64,000 nt of DNA from Raja brachyura (GCA_963514005.1 OY740813.1:24676001-24740000), one strand, 5' to 3'; shown: positions 1 through 11,975, numbered from the stretch's first letter. Notes: generated by a model not told the origin, from the sequence alone. Program-made: numbers and translations.

Positions 1-164
1 CGACATCATTGGAGGGTTGAGGGCCAAGTTTGGGGAATTGAGGGCCATGGGGAACTGGTGCAGAAAAGGAAGCGACGGCTGGGGCAGATCAGCCACGATC
101 GTGGTGAATGACAGGTCAGGCTTGAGGGGCCAAGTGGCCTACTCCTCCTCCCGTTATCTGATGT

Positions 165-570
165 TCTGTAGAGCTAGAAGGATGAGGCAGGACATCATTG
201 AGACTTAACGAATAGTGAAATAGGATAGAGCGGATGTGGAGAGGGTATTGCCACGAAGCGAAGGGTCCTGAACCAGAGGCCACAGCCTCAGAATAAAAGG
301 ACGTACTTTAGAAAGGAGATGAGGAGGAATTTCTTCAGTCAGCGGATGGTGAATTTGTGGATTTCATTGCCACAGACGGCTGTGGAGGCCAACAGATATT
401 TTTAAGGCTGAGCATGACAGATTCTTGACTAGTACGGGTGTCGGGGGCTGTGGGGAGAAGGCAGGAGAATGGGGTTGAGAGGGAAAGATAGATCAGCCAT
501 GATTGAATGGTGGAGCAGACTTGATGGGCCGAATGGCCTTATTCTGCTCCTAGGACTTATGAACATGAAT
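165..570 (+). mobile_element. CR1-type LINE 3' fragment
   Basis: Decayed TRGHSLRIKG..FRKEMRRNFFSQRMVNLW coding end plus GGGCCGAATGGCCT..TCTGCTCCT 3' tail. Confidence 0.85.
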
Positions 571-949
571 TTATAAGCGTATCTCTCGGTGATAAACCTG
601 AGTAGCCCAACCTCGTAACCTATGGCTTCCATTCACTCCCTGCACAGAGGCATCTAACTACCACACAATGCATTTCGGGGACGGTATTGCCCACATCCAG
701 GTCAGCCGAATGGAGGATACGAGGTGTCTACCCACACCATCCTGCTCGATGACACCACGAACCTCACTCTCCTGTTCAACAACTGAAAACTCCACACCAT
801 TCAACATGTGAAATCTCGCCAAAGTTCAAAGCTACATTAGGCAGAGAGAATGAGATTGACATCCAGATATACAATTTTGTTCAGACTGAAACGTCTGAAT
901 GACAATAAAGGATACTTTACTTTATATAGATGGGAAGTTGGTACGAGGC

Positions 950-1210
950 AAGGATTTACTGTGCCAGAGACCCGGGTTTGATCCTGACTAGGGGTGTTGC
1001 CTCTGTGGAGTTTGCACTTTCTCCCTGCGTGCTCAGATTTCCTTCAACGTTCCAAAGACGTGCGGGTTTGTCTTCTGTAATTGTCTTCTATAAATTGCCC
1101 CTAGTGTGTAGGATAGAACTAGTATGCGGGTGGTCGATGGTCGGCACGGACTCAGTGGGCCGAAGACCCGTTTCCATGCTGTATCTTTAAACTAAACTAA
1201 ACTAGACTAG
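950..1210 (+). mobile_element. tRNA-derived SINE (V-SINE/HE1-like)
   Basis: B-box-like GGGTTTGATCCT, central TGTGGAGTTTGCAC..TCTCCC domain, CR1-like tail GGGCCGAAG..GTTTCCATGCTGTATCT, (AACTA)n end. Confidence 0.8.
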
Positions 1211-1222
1211 ACTAGTTAGCTG

Positions 1223-1434
1223 TTAAAGAAGGAACTGCAGATGCTGGAGAATCCAGGGTTACACAAAAAGCTGGAGAAACTCAGCGGGTGCAGCAGCATC
1301 TAAGAAGCGAAGGAGATAGGCGACGTTTCGGGTCGAGACCTGAAGAAGGGTCTCGACCCGAAACGTCGCCTATCTCCTTCGCTCCTTAGATGCTGCTGCA
1401 CCCGCAGAGTTTCTCCAGCTTTTTGTGTAACCCT
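1223..1434. mobile_element. Fold-back Penelope-pLTR-derived mini-element with hammerhead core
   Basis: 86-nt inverted arms 1255-1340 / 1349-1434 (2 mismatches). 14-bp direct repeat AGACTAGTTAGCTG at 1209-1222 and 1435-1448. Confidence 0.85.
1340..1367 (+). ncRNA. Putative minimal hammerhead ribozyme core
   Basis: CTGAAGA-A-GGGT(CTCG)ACCC-GAAA-C-GTC = CUGANGA, stem II, GAAA, palindromic ACGU stem III, GUC cleavage triplet. Confidence 0.65.
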
Positions 1435-2564
1435 AGACTAGTTAGCTGCTAGTTTTATTTTGTAGTGAGCCGCCAACAATTCCTATATACTGTATTTTTG
1501 CAGAATAGAGTACAGTGTATGGTCATAGCCTTAATCGCTATCATTGGTTCCTCGTGGCATTAATTGTTCCCAATCAATTCACCGAACACATCACCTCTTT
1601 TTTTCCAAGGGCAGGTGGGATGGACAATAAATGGTGGTCTTGTCAGTGAGCCTTGTCCTGAAGATGAATGTAAAATACTTGCTATGATGATTGAATACAT
1701 ATTTAAATGAATGGATTTTCTCCCGTCCGCACACTCTCCTCCTCATTCCCCTTCTCTCCAGTTTAATTCATTTCTATGTACCTTGCATATCCTTCCCACT
1801 AGGACACAGGTTCATCACCGGTTTGGTCAGATGCTAAACCAATGTCTTCTCTGGCTCCCAACTTCATTGCAGTGTCAGAGCAGTGCTTATTGTCCTTGCA
1901 ATTTCAAACCTTTGGTGTAATATTGAAACAATTACATGTCCTATAACTTTGGAAATAAACAGGAACTGAAACCAGTTAGAGTTCCACACTCTCATGCAGA
2001 AAATAGGTGTGTGTAATGATAACAGGGTGTCGCTACAGCCCTGTCCACCGGTAACCATGCTTCTTAGATTATCATTCCTGGCTTCTGAATTGAGATTCTG
2101 ATGAAAACAATTCAGTATTTTTGTGAATTGCTGTAAAATACTTACTAGTTATTAAGGTGCCAGGCCGTATTCAAATGCAGCAAACACACAATCATTTTTA
2201 TTCACTCATCAGGATATTGCTGTTCTGTAGATGAATGGCATTCTTTGAATGAAATTTACTGGTAAATAGTTTCAACGGGAGGTATATTTACACAGTTTGT
2301 ACTTATTTTTTTCCAACATAAACCCAGTCTTGATTTTGCCAGAAGAGAAGCCAACTCTCGTCCATTGAGTGAGGTCACCAGTCATTTCCACCTGTTCATT
2401 TCTAAGGGAAGAGTCCTAAACATTGAGAGCAGGGACATACAAACACAGTACAGTTTCCTCCCATTTAATTTTGGGGCTGAGGTTAACACACTGCTTCCAG
2501 CAAAGAGAATATGGCAAGGCAGTTTGAAACAGTATGTCATCAGTTAAGAAACCCATGCAAAAAG

Positions 2565-2858
2565 GGGCCACAGTTTAAGAATAAAGGGTAAGCCATTTAG
2601 AACAGAGACGAGGAAACACTTTTTCTCACAGAGAGTTGTGAGTCTGTAGAATTCTCTGCCTCAGAGGGCGGTGCAGGCCTGTTCTCTGGATACCTTCACA
2701 AGAGAGCTAGATAGGGCTCTTAAAGATAGCGGAGTCAGGGGATATGGGTAGAAGGCTGAAACGGGGTACTGATTGGGGATGATCGGCCATGATCACATTG
2801 AATGGCGGTGCTGGCTCGAAGGGCCGAAAGGCCTACTCCTGCACCTATTGTCTATTGT
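2565..2858 (+). mobile_element. CR1-type LINE 3' fragment
   Basis: GHSLRIKGKPFRTETRKHFFSQRVVSL plus tail GGGCCGAAAGGCCTACTCCTGCACCTATTGTCTATTG. Confidence 0.88.
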
Positions 2859-3074
2859 TTAATACATAAATAAAACAGGGATTGAATCTTTCATCTTCTT
2901 TCAGTAAAATAGAAGATGCATTTGTTTTTTACTAAGCTATAGCTCAGTGATAATTTCTAATATTTTCTAATGGCAATCCGCACTTTGCTTCAAGAACATA
3001 GATTTCAAAATGGCGACGATATACACAGACCCACAAGCCAGACACGTTTGCTTGTGAGAGAACTCGGTGACTCA

Positions 3075-3465
3075 TCGGAGGCTGAGAGGAGACCTCATCA
3101 AAGTTTATAAAATTATCAGCCACTTCGATAGGGTGGACAGTCAGAACCTTTTTTCCCCCGTGATAAAAATGTCAAATGCTGGAGGGCATGGCTTTATGGT
3201 GGGAGGTGCAAAGTTTAAAGGAGATATGCGGGACATGTTTTTTAACACAGAGCCCAGTGGGTTTGTGGAACACACTGCAATGGGGTGGTGGTGGAGACAG
3301 GTACAATAGTGGGGTTTAAGAGGCTTTTAGATAGGCACGTGGATACGGAGGGTTATGGATCATATGGAGGCAGAGAAGATTAGTTTAACTTGGCATCATG
3401 TTCAGCACAGACATTGTGGGGCAGAGGGCCGGTTCCTGTGCTGTACTGTTCTATGTTCTACGCTC
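3075..3465 (+). mobile_element. CR1-type LINE 3' fragment (older subfamily)
   Basis: RRLRGDLIKVYKII...RVDSQNLF...GHGFMVGGAKFKGD plus CTGTGCTGTACTGTTCTATG tail. Confidence 0.85.
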
Positions 3466-3769
3466 TATAATGTGACTGTGTACCCTTGGAGATGGCTGTA
3501 ACTCGTACTGGGAGATGTCTAGATTGTAATATTCACGTTTTATTATTATCATCATAAATATAATTTTTTCTAAAAACCTAAAATTCCCCCCAAAATATAT
3601 TTTAAGTGAACTAGCTACCTGATTTGATGAACAATGACTAATAACTAACTAAATTGAAAAGTTCAAGTCCAATTGATAAACGATGCACTGTAGCATTGAA
3701 CATCACGATAGAGAATTCTTCCACCAAAATTCCTCCTCAAGTTCCTCATTTTCCTTTTACACTCCCCCT

Positions 3770-4250
3770 GCCTCTCTTTCCATTCCATCCTGTCCCCTTT
3801 CACGCATATCCTGCCGTCCAGCTTTACAGTTCACTTCTCTCCCCGTCGGAAACCCTTTTATCTTAGCTTCACCTCCAGCTTTTGTCACTTAATCACCACA
3901 TCTGCCGATACCTCCCCCACCTGTATCCACCTAACTTCGGTGTAAACCAGCATCAGCTGTTCCTTCCTCCACCTATAACTTGCCAGGGTTTGCCAACCCT
4001 CGCCTCTCTTTTCCAGCTGTCTTCCCGCTACTCCATAAGTCTGAAGAAGGGTGACACAAAATGCTGGTGTACCTCCTCCATTCTCTCCTCTCCTCCCTTC
4101 CCTCCTCCCCCACCCTAATCGCCCTACCAGTTCTACTGGTCGCACCCTTACACCCCTCTCATTATCACCCCTTCCCCAGACAACAATGAGCCATTGTGGG
4201 CTCCACTCTTACTGAGGTCATCTGTTGCCAGCCCTGATTTGTTCAGGCCT
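3770..4250 (+). mobile_element. Decayed Penelope-like 3'UTR/pLTR fragments
   Basis: Pyrimidine-rich sequence resembling 6300-6470; includes AGTCTGAAGAAGGG near 4038 joined to GACACAAAATGCTGG. Confidence 0.5.
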
Positions 4251-4356
4251 CCTGACACATTCATCATTATGCAGCCAAACACCAACACAATGCAATTTAC
4301 AACTTTGCAGATACTAGACAATAGGCAATAGGTGCAAGAGTAGGCAATTCAGCCCT

Positions 4357-5175
4357 TCGATGACACCACTGCAGTGGGTCGAATATCAAATAATGATGAG
4401 ACGGAGTACAGGAAAGAGATTGAGAACCTCATAGGGTTACACAAGAAGCTGGAGAAACTCAGCGGGTGCAGCAGCATCTAAGGAGCGAAGGAGATAGGCG
4501 ACGTTTCGGGTCGAGACCCTTCTTCAGACTGGAGCAATGAGAACCTCATAACCTGGTACATAGACAACAACCTCTCCCTCAATGTCAGATAGATGAGGAA
4601 GATTGTGATTGACTTCAGAAAGCAAAATGGTACCCACTCCCCAGTATACATTGATGGCGCCAAAGTAGAGATGGTCGAGAAAGTCGAGTTCTTTGGAATA
4701 AATATCACCAGCAATTTGTCCTGGACCAGCCACATTGAAGCGATGGCCAAGAAAGGACACCAATGCCTCTGTTCCCTTACAAGGCTTAGGAAGTTCAGCA
4801 TATCAACAATAACCCTGACCAACCTCTACAGATGCAGCGTGGAAAGCATTTTTTTGGGATGCTTTGGGAACAGCTCCATCCAAGACCGCAAGAGATTGCC
4901 GAGAGTTGTGGACGTAGCCCAGACCATCACACACACAGCAAACTCCCTTTCATTGACTCCAACTGCACTTCACGCTACCTCGGCAACGCCAGCAGCCCAA
5001 TCAAGGACGAGTCTCACCCCGGTCACTCCCTCTTCTCCTCTCTTCCATCAGTCAAGAAGTACAGAAGTGTGAAAACGCACACCTCCAGATTCAGGAACAG
5101 TTTCTTCCCGGTTTTATCAGGCAATGGCTGTCCACCCACGAGCTAGAGTGCGGTCCTGACCTCCCATCTACCTCA
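4357..5175 (+). mobile_element. Rex1/Babar-type LINE fragment (RT C-terminus), interrupted by mini-element
   Basis: DDTTAVGRISNNDETEYRKEIENL..NNLSLNV..IVIDFRK..LSWTSHI..LRKF..SRFRNSFFP. Confidence 0.85.
4434..4537 (-). mobile_element. Young Penelope-pLTR mini-element with intact hammerhead core (4500-4527, - strand)
   Basis: Splits the Rex1 reading frame. 13-bp TSD TGAGAACCTCATA at 4421-4433 and 4538-4550. Near identical to 1255-1340. Confidence 0.88.
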
Positions 5176-5176
5176 T

Positions 5177-6568
5177 GCCTGCCACTTTGTAAGGGACGTT
5201 GAACAATCCCGGTCACAGGCGCAATCTATCTCCGTTACATTGATGACTGCATTGGTGCTACTTCCTGCACCCATGCAGAACTCATGGTCTTCATCGACTT
5301 CACCACCAATTTTCATCCTGCACTCAAATTCACTTGGACATCTCCGACCCCTCCCTCCCCTTTCTTGATCTCACAGTCTCCAGCACAGGAAATAGACTAG
5401 TGACTGACATCTATTACAAACCCATTGACGCCCACAACTATCTCGACTACACTTCTTCCCACCCTGCTTTCTGCAAAGTCTCTATCCCCTGCTCCCGATT
5501 TCTTCGTCTACGCCGCATCTGCGCCTAAGATAAGGTGTTCCATACTAGAACATCTGCGACGTCCTCATTCTTTAGGGAATGAGGGTTCCCCACTCCCATC
5601 ATAGATGAGGCCCTCACTTGTGTCTCCTCGGTACCCGGCAGCTCCGGCCTTGTTCCCCCGCCCCCTAGTCGCAATAGAGGCCCCCTAGCTCTTACCTTCC
5701 ACCCCATCAGCCGTCGCATACAACATAATCCTCCAAAATTTCCGCCACCTCCAACGGGATCCCACCCCTAGCCACATTTTCCCATCTCCACCCTTTCCGC
5801 CTTCCGCAGAGACTGGTCCCTCCACAACTCTCTGGTTAACTCATTCCTTCCCACCCAAACCACCCCCTCCCCAGGTACCTTTCCCAGCAACCGCAGAAGA
5901 TGCAACACCTGTCCCTATACCTCCTCCCTCGACACTACCCAGGGATCCTGACAGTCTTTTCAGGTTAAGCAGAGGTTCAGTTGCACCTCCTCCAACCTCA
6001 TCTACTGTATCTGTTATTCAAGATGTGGACTTATACATCGGCGAGACCAAACGTAGACTGGGCGATCGTTTCGCTGAACACCTTCGCTCAGCCCACCTGA
6101 ACCAACCTGATCACCCGGTTGCTGGACATTTTAATTCTCTTTCCCATTCCCACACAGACCTTTCTGTCCTCTGTTTCCTCCATTGTCAGATGAGGCTAAA
6201 TGCAAATTGGAGGAACAGCATCACATATTTTGCTTGGGCAGTTTACAGCCCAGTGGAATGAATATTGATTTCTCTCAATTCAGGTAGCCCCAGCATTCCC
6301 TCTCTCTAATCCTCCCCCACCCGTCACACTAGCTTCTCATTTTCACCCAACAAACAACTTACAATGGCCTGTTTCCTTTATCATTGTTACTTTTTTGCAT
6401 ATCTTTCATTCATTGTTCTTTATCTCTGCACATCATCGTCTATATCTCTCGTTTCCCTTATCCCTACCCAGTCTGAAGAAGGGTCTCGACCCAAAACATC
6501 ACCCATTTCTTCTCGCCAGAGATGCTGCCTGTCCCGCTGAGTTACTCCAGCTTTTTGTGTCTATCTTG
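5177..6568 (+). mobile_element. Penelope-like element, 5'-truncated: RT, GIY-YIG endonuclease, 3'UTR/pLTR
   Basis: LRYIDD (YIDD 5236-5247), LPFLDL, TDIYYKP, LYIGETKRRLGDRFAEHLRS, HPVAGHFN. Stops and frameshifts present. pLTR with mutated hammerhead core at 6473-6500. Confidence 0.92.
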
Positions 6569-6694
6569 CTTATCTAGGAGCTGGCAGAGGCTGGAAGGGC
6601 TGAATGGTCTTTTTCTCCGCTGCTATTATGATTGTGCTGTTTGCTTCCACCCCTCTGTTTATTGCCGCCCAAAACTGAACCCTGGGGGATCACC

Positions 6695-6820
6695 AACTGG
6701 CCGCAGTCACAGGGAGAACATGCAAACTCCACACAGACAGTACTCGATGACAGAATCAAACCTGGGTCTCTGGTGCTGTGAGTCAGCAGCTCTACCCATT
6801 GCATCACTGAGCCACCCCAC
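6695..6820 (-). mobile_element. tRNA-derived SINE 5' fragment
   Basis: CACAGGGAGAACATGCAAACTCCACACAGACAG...AACCTGGGTCTCTGG is the reverse complement of the SINE head. Confidence 0.75.
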
Positions 6821-7650
6821 GACCACGCTAAAAGATGTATAAATGAATGCGTTACTGCACTACAAACACAATTTGATAGCAATTTTAAACACTGCATGGT
6901 GGACACAATATATCTGGACAAGTGATTTGAAATCAGAAACAATGTTACATATTATAAAAAATCCTCAGTTGCAAATTTAATGTCGTGTATGGACTAATTG
7001 ATTTCTCTCCATTCTTTCCAACTTATCTGGAGTATTGATCCTGCTTCTAAATTTCTCAATGAAATATAGAGCCAAGGATGATTTCATTCCTGCAAGTTTA
7101 ATTATTAAATATAGTTCTCCAAAAGAGCTTAAATTAGATGTTTTCCCAGCAAAGCAACCGTTTTTAAATTGCTGTTGGTGTCAGCGTAGTGCATGTTTGT
7201 CTTCAACCAGGCGACTTGTACTCTGAAGTCCCAGTGCACAGTGTATCTCGTTGTTGTCATTGCTCGTTCGGGCGATATCAATCATTAGGTTGTGAACATC
7301 ACCCAGGGATAGGAACTCTTTTCACTTGTACATATGAAGGGCTAATGAGGGGCCTCTAATGAATGTTTTATGAGGATACTATTGAAGAAGCACAATATGT
7401 GTCCCTCACCTGCAGCTCGGCAAAGAACACAAATGTGAATATTACTTTGTGAAACATGTTTATTGGGGTAAAATTGCAGTAGTTTTATTTTTCGCTGAAC
7501 AAAAATGGTAGTTCCATCAAATTGAGCCAAGCCTGAAAGTAAACAATGTCAGCATCGAGGTTATCTCCTCTTAATTTTTTGTTTATTTAGCAAAGAGTGT
7601 GGACGTTTCTGTTGCCTTTTGTGATTCGGAGTTGCTGAATGACTAGTTGT

Positions 7651-8587
7651 TTAAGAAAGAACTGCAGATGTTGGTAAAATCAAAGGTAGACACAAAATGC
7701 TGGAGAAACTCAGTGGGTGATGCTGGGGGAGGGGGTAGCACAAAGAATGAAAGTGGGCGGAGACAGTCGGACTAGTGGGAGGACTGGGAAGGTGGAGGGG
7801 AAGGAGAGAGAATGCAGGGACTACCTGAAGTTAGAGAAGTCAACGTTCATACCGCTGCGCTGTAAACTACCCAAACTATAAACTATATGAGGTGCTGCTC
7901 CTCCAATTTGTGGTGGAACTCACTCTGACAATGGTGGAGGCCCAGGACAGAAAGGTCAGATTGGGAATGGGATGGGGAGTTGAAGTGCTGGGCCACCGGG
8001 AGATCAGCTTGGTTATAGCTGACTGAGCGGAGGGTGTTCAGCGAAATTATAGCCGATCCTGCGCTTGGTCTCGCCGATGTAGAGAAGATGACACCTGGAA
8101 CAGCAGATGCAGTAGATGAGGTTGGAGGAGGTGCAAGTGAACCTCTGCCTCACCTGGAAAGACTGTTTGGGTCCTTGGATGGAGTGGAGGGGGAAGGTAA
8201 AGTGACAACTGCAGGGAAAAGTACCTGGGGAGGGGGTGGTTTGGGTAGGAAGGAACGAGTTGACCAGGGAGTTATGGAGGAAACGGTCTCTGTGGAAGCA
8301 GAAAGGGGTGGAGATGGGAAGATATGGCCAGTTGTGGGATCCCTTTGAAGGTGGCGAAAATGTTGGTGGCGAATTAAATACACTAGGGTCTCCTCGATAT
8401 CCCGCAGCTCCGCTCTTACTCACCCTCCCTCCTCTCGTAACAAGGTCAGAGACTCCCTTGTCCTCACCATCCACCCCATCAGCCGTCACATACAATATAT
8501 AATCCTCCAACATTTTCGCCACCTCCAAAGGGATCCCACTACTGGCCATATCTTCCCATCTTCCACCCCTTTCTGCTTCATAGAGAC
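7651..8587 (-). mobile_element. Penelope-like fragment with internal inversion
   Basis: Minus-strand FTCTSSNLIYCICCSRCHLLYIGETKRRIG..FAEH (to ~8370), then a plus-oriented block ~8385-8587 homologous to 5620-5812. Confidence 0.88.
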
Positions 8588-8790
8588 AAAGGACATCTCA
8601 GAGTCTAATTGCAGACATTCCCTTTCTGCCTGTTGTTGTCGGCACACTGAGTGCCTCAGCAACGTGGCGGTGGAGGGTCTTGTCGCAGGCAGGGACACGG
8701 TAGAGTTCACCACTGTACCCGCCGTCGGTGAGAACCGGCAGCCAAAGAAGACCATGTCCTTGTCCATTATTAGGTCCGTTTCCTGGTCCA
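8588..8790 (-). mobile_element. Possible L1/Tx1-clade ORF2 C-terminal remnant
   Basis: Peptide DMVFFGC..VVNSTVSL..ECLQL only loosely resembles Tx1-like C-termini. Weak call. Confidence 0.25.
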
Positions 8791-8979
8791 TTGTAACAAA
8801 TGACTACTTGTAGAGACTAAAGAAAGTTCATCATCAGCAACAAAATGTGTTTGATCCATGCCTGTGTGGGTCGGTCCGTGTGGGCAAATTGGGCCGAAGG
8901 GCCTGTTTTCATGAAGTATGACTGTGACTGTGGTCATGCGCATTTCCCCTGGGTGCTCTGGTTTGCTCTCACACAAGAT

Positions 8980-9410
8980 CATAAGATCATAAGACATGGA
9001 AACAAAATGAGGCCAATCAGTCCATCCAGCCTGCTCCGCCGTTTGATCATGACTGATCTATTTTACCCTCTCAACCCCCTTTTCCTGCTTCTCCCCATAA
9101 TCTTTGACACCTGTACTAATCAAGAACCTGTCAATCTCTACTTCAAAAATGGCCAATGTCTTGGCCTCCACAACCGTCTGTGGGAATGAATTCCACAGAT
9201 TCACCACCCTGTGGCTAAAGAAATTCCTCCACATCTCCCTTCTAAATGTAGGTCCTTTTATGTTGAGGCCGTGCCCTCTGGTCCTAGACTCTCCCATCAT
9301 TGGTGACATCCTTTCCACATCGACTCTACCCAGGCCTTTCATTATTTGGTAGGTTTCAATAAGATTCTCCCTCATCCATCTAAACTCCAATGGGTACTGG
9401 CCCAGAGCCA
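8980..9410 (-). mobile_element. CR1-type LINE 3' fragment
   Basis: ORF 9058-9411(-): LEFRWMRENLIETYQIMKGLGRVD..SRTRGHGLNIKG..NFFSHRVVNLWNS. Confidence 0.9.
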
Positions 9411-9892
9411 CCAGACACTCCCAGAGACATGCTGGTTGATGGGTTAAATTGCACTGTTAACTATCTCTTGTGTGGGGGGGTGGGAGGCAGTCAGTCATAT
9501 GAGAGAAAGTAGATAGTAGGGAAAATAGTTAGAGTTGACTTGACGGGCTGAATGGTCTCCTTCTACCCTGTAAGGAAAGATAAAATGGAAAGGCCACTGA
9601 CATATTTGTTGGCGGTTCGGATTGGATGACGGTGGGGGCGTGCAGATATTGGAACAGATGGGGCCATAAATAGAAATTAAATGAAAAATAAAATTCATCA
9701 CAGGCGGTGTTGCAAATCAGGTGGTGTGAAGTGAGAATAGTCACACACAGTGCCTGGTAATTAAATGTCATTGCTGTCAAGGGTGGAGGGGTGGGGAGAT
9801 GATGAGCAAGGATTCAGGACCTCCCCATGGGGGGGGTGAATGAAGTTGGGGATTTGCGAGTCCAAGTTCATGCAGGAGATGAAGGAGCTTCA

Positions 9893-10196
9893 TTTTAGTT
9901 TTAGTTTTAGAGATGCAACGTGGAAACAGGCCCTTTGGCTCACCGAGACCCCACTGCCTAACGATCACCCGTTCACACTAGTTCCATCCTACACACTATG
10001 GATAATCTATAGAAGCCAATTCACCTACAAACCTGCACGTCTTTGGAGTGTGGGAGGAAACCAGAGTAACCGGAGGAAACCCACGTGATCACAGCAAGAA
10101 CGTGTAAACTCCACACAGACAGCACCTGCGGTCAGGATCGAACCCGTGTCTCTGGCGCTGTAATGCAGCAACTCTACCGCTGCGCCACTGTGCTGT
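9893..10196 (-). mobile_element. tRNA-derived SINE (near full length)
   Basis: Reverse complement begins CAGCACAGTGGCGCAGCGGTAGAGTTGCTG (A box) ..GGGTTCGATCCTG (B box); (TTTTAG)n tail at left. Confidence 0.88.
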
Positions 10197-10952
10197 CCTT
10201 AATCTGTATGTTCTGTACGTTATCCAAACAGTACCAGCAACAAATGTGTAGGCATGTTTTTCATTCTATATTTCCTTGTGGCACTGAAGAAGGCCATTCC
10301 ACCCATCGAGCAATCCTACCGATCCCGTCCCTCTGCTTATTTTCCCTACAATCCACTTTCCCTCCTATGACTGACAGATTCCCAGCCACCCACACAAGGG
10401 TTAATGTACAGTGCAGATTAACCCAACAGCCAGCATATCTTGGGGATGTGGGAGACAGTAAACCAGGCCACCCAGGGGAGGTCAGGATCGAACTCACAAT
10501 GCTGCTGCTATTGTTTCTTCAGGCAGAGCACCCCAAAGTTGAAATCTCTACACTGGCCTGTTACAGTCAATGGGACAGTTACCGGGTGCAGTCAGTGTGG
10601 ATGAGAGATTCCGCACCGCCCCCCATTTCTAGGCCTCATCATGATGCATGTTCCGCACTCTGGCTGCTTCTTCCCACCATGCAGGAGTGCACACGTCCAC
10701 AGCCAGGAACCAAGCAAACTTTGTTTTTTGCAGCTAACATTTCTCATACTGATGGCCTAAAACCCCCAGTCAGCCACACCAGGAGAGGCAACCACAGATG
10801 CAACATTCCCCTCTCCAAGCAGTACAACGACCAAGCCGCACCATCACCTCTCACAGATGGACGGATGCCAACCAATGATGAGAGTACAGCCGACTGATCC
10901 CAAACATAATTATTGTCTCATTTTTATCAGGTGGACTCTTGTTTCGTGTGAA

Positions 10953-11075
10953 GTCTGAAAACGGGTCTCGACCTGAAACGCCACCTATTCCTTCTCTCCA
11001 GAGATGCTGCCTGACCCGCTGAGTGTCTCCAGCTTTTTCAGTCCACCTTCGGAGTCAACCAGCATCTGCAGTGCC
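10953..11075 (+). mobile_element. Penelope-pLTR mini-element (degenerate hammerhead)
   Basis: GTCTGAAAACGGGTCTCGACCTGAAACGCC...AGAGATGCTGCCTGACCCGCTGAG...CCAGCATCTGCAGT. Confidence 0.8.
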
Positions 11076-11967
11076 CTATAATTTTGTTCCAATATTTACT
11101 GTATAAATGCTGGATTGTTAAATTTTAATATTGGTTGCAATTGCTTTTTTTTGCATTTGTTGAAATAACGGGTCAAATAATATTCTTATTGCCATGTCTT
11201 TAGTTTTTTGAGTTACAGAGCATAGCATCACATTCCATGCCTATGGGCAGTAGCACTGTAAGCGTTTGCTCTGCAGCTTGCTCCCTTTTTAACTGGAAAG
11301 TGATACGAGGCACTTTATGTTCCACTGGTGTGATGATGTGTTTTCAGAACATAGTTTTATTTTTGAAGCGGATGTTAGCAAGCTAACAGAAGCTTGAGTT
11401 TCATTGTTAACAACCAGTATACAGTGAAACAGAAACCAAAAACTAGCAATCATGTTGATGGTATGGAAATAGGTAGTTCCGTTACAAGGAGAAATAAATA
11501 CGAGATAAATGCAATGGAATAGCAAATGGATTAAGTCAGATGAAGATGATAAGAAAAATAAAACACATATCATCTTTAGTGGACATTAGAAGTATGTCTA
11601 AATGATAAACTGCTTTACAACATAAAGTTATTGAGACATAGTCATGGTTTAATCACTGGTGATAATCTTTGATTAATTATTACAACATTCGATGCTGACT
11701 AGTTACTGATAACTCATCAGCTCCAGTAGGACTACCCACTCTAATGATTTAATTTTAAATTAAATCTCATACCATTCTGTGGTCTTGAAAGTATTCAGCG
11801 TTGAAAAGCAGCTGTAGTCTGCCGCCTAACCTTATCCCAATGTTGACATATGAATGGGATAGTGGATATTGTCACCCCATGGACTGTCTTGGTTAATTTT
11901 GATCCTACCACCCACACACCAGGGTTCAGTACATGACAATCTGGACAGGACATCAGGACAGGAACAG

Positions 11968-11975
<8 letters not shown>

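Noticed and set aside
1428-1434. Mini-element terminus TAACCCT resembles the telomeric repeat/telomerase template
   Set aside because: Only 7 nt; older subfamilies have AAGGTAGA at this position, no TTAGGG arrays are present and the partner PLE has an endonuclease. Probably coincidence.
10130-10196. tRNA gene
   Set aside because: A/B boxes belong to a SINE head, continuous with the SINE body and tail; no full cloverleaf.
10085-10897. 270-aa ORF, the longest in the window
   Set aside because: Begins inside an antisense SINE, crosses a second decayed SINE, has a non-ATG start and no recognisable domain.
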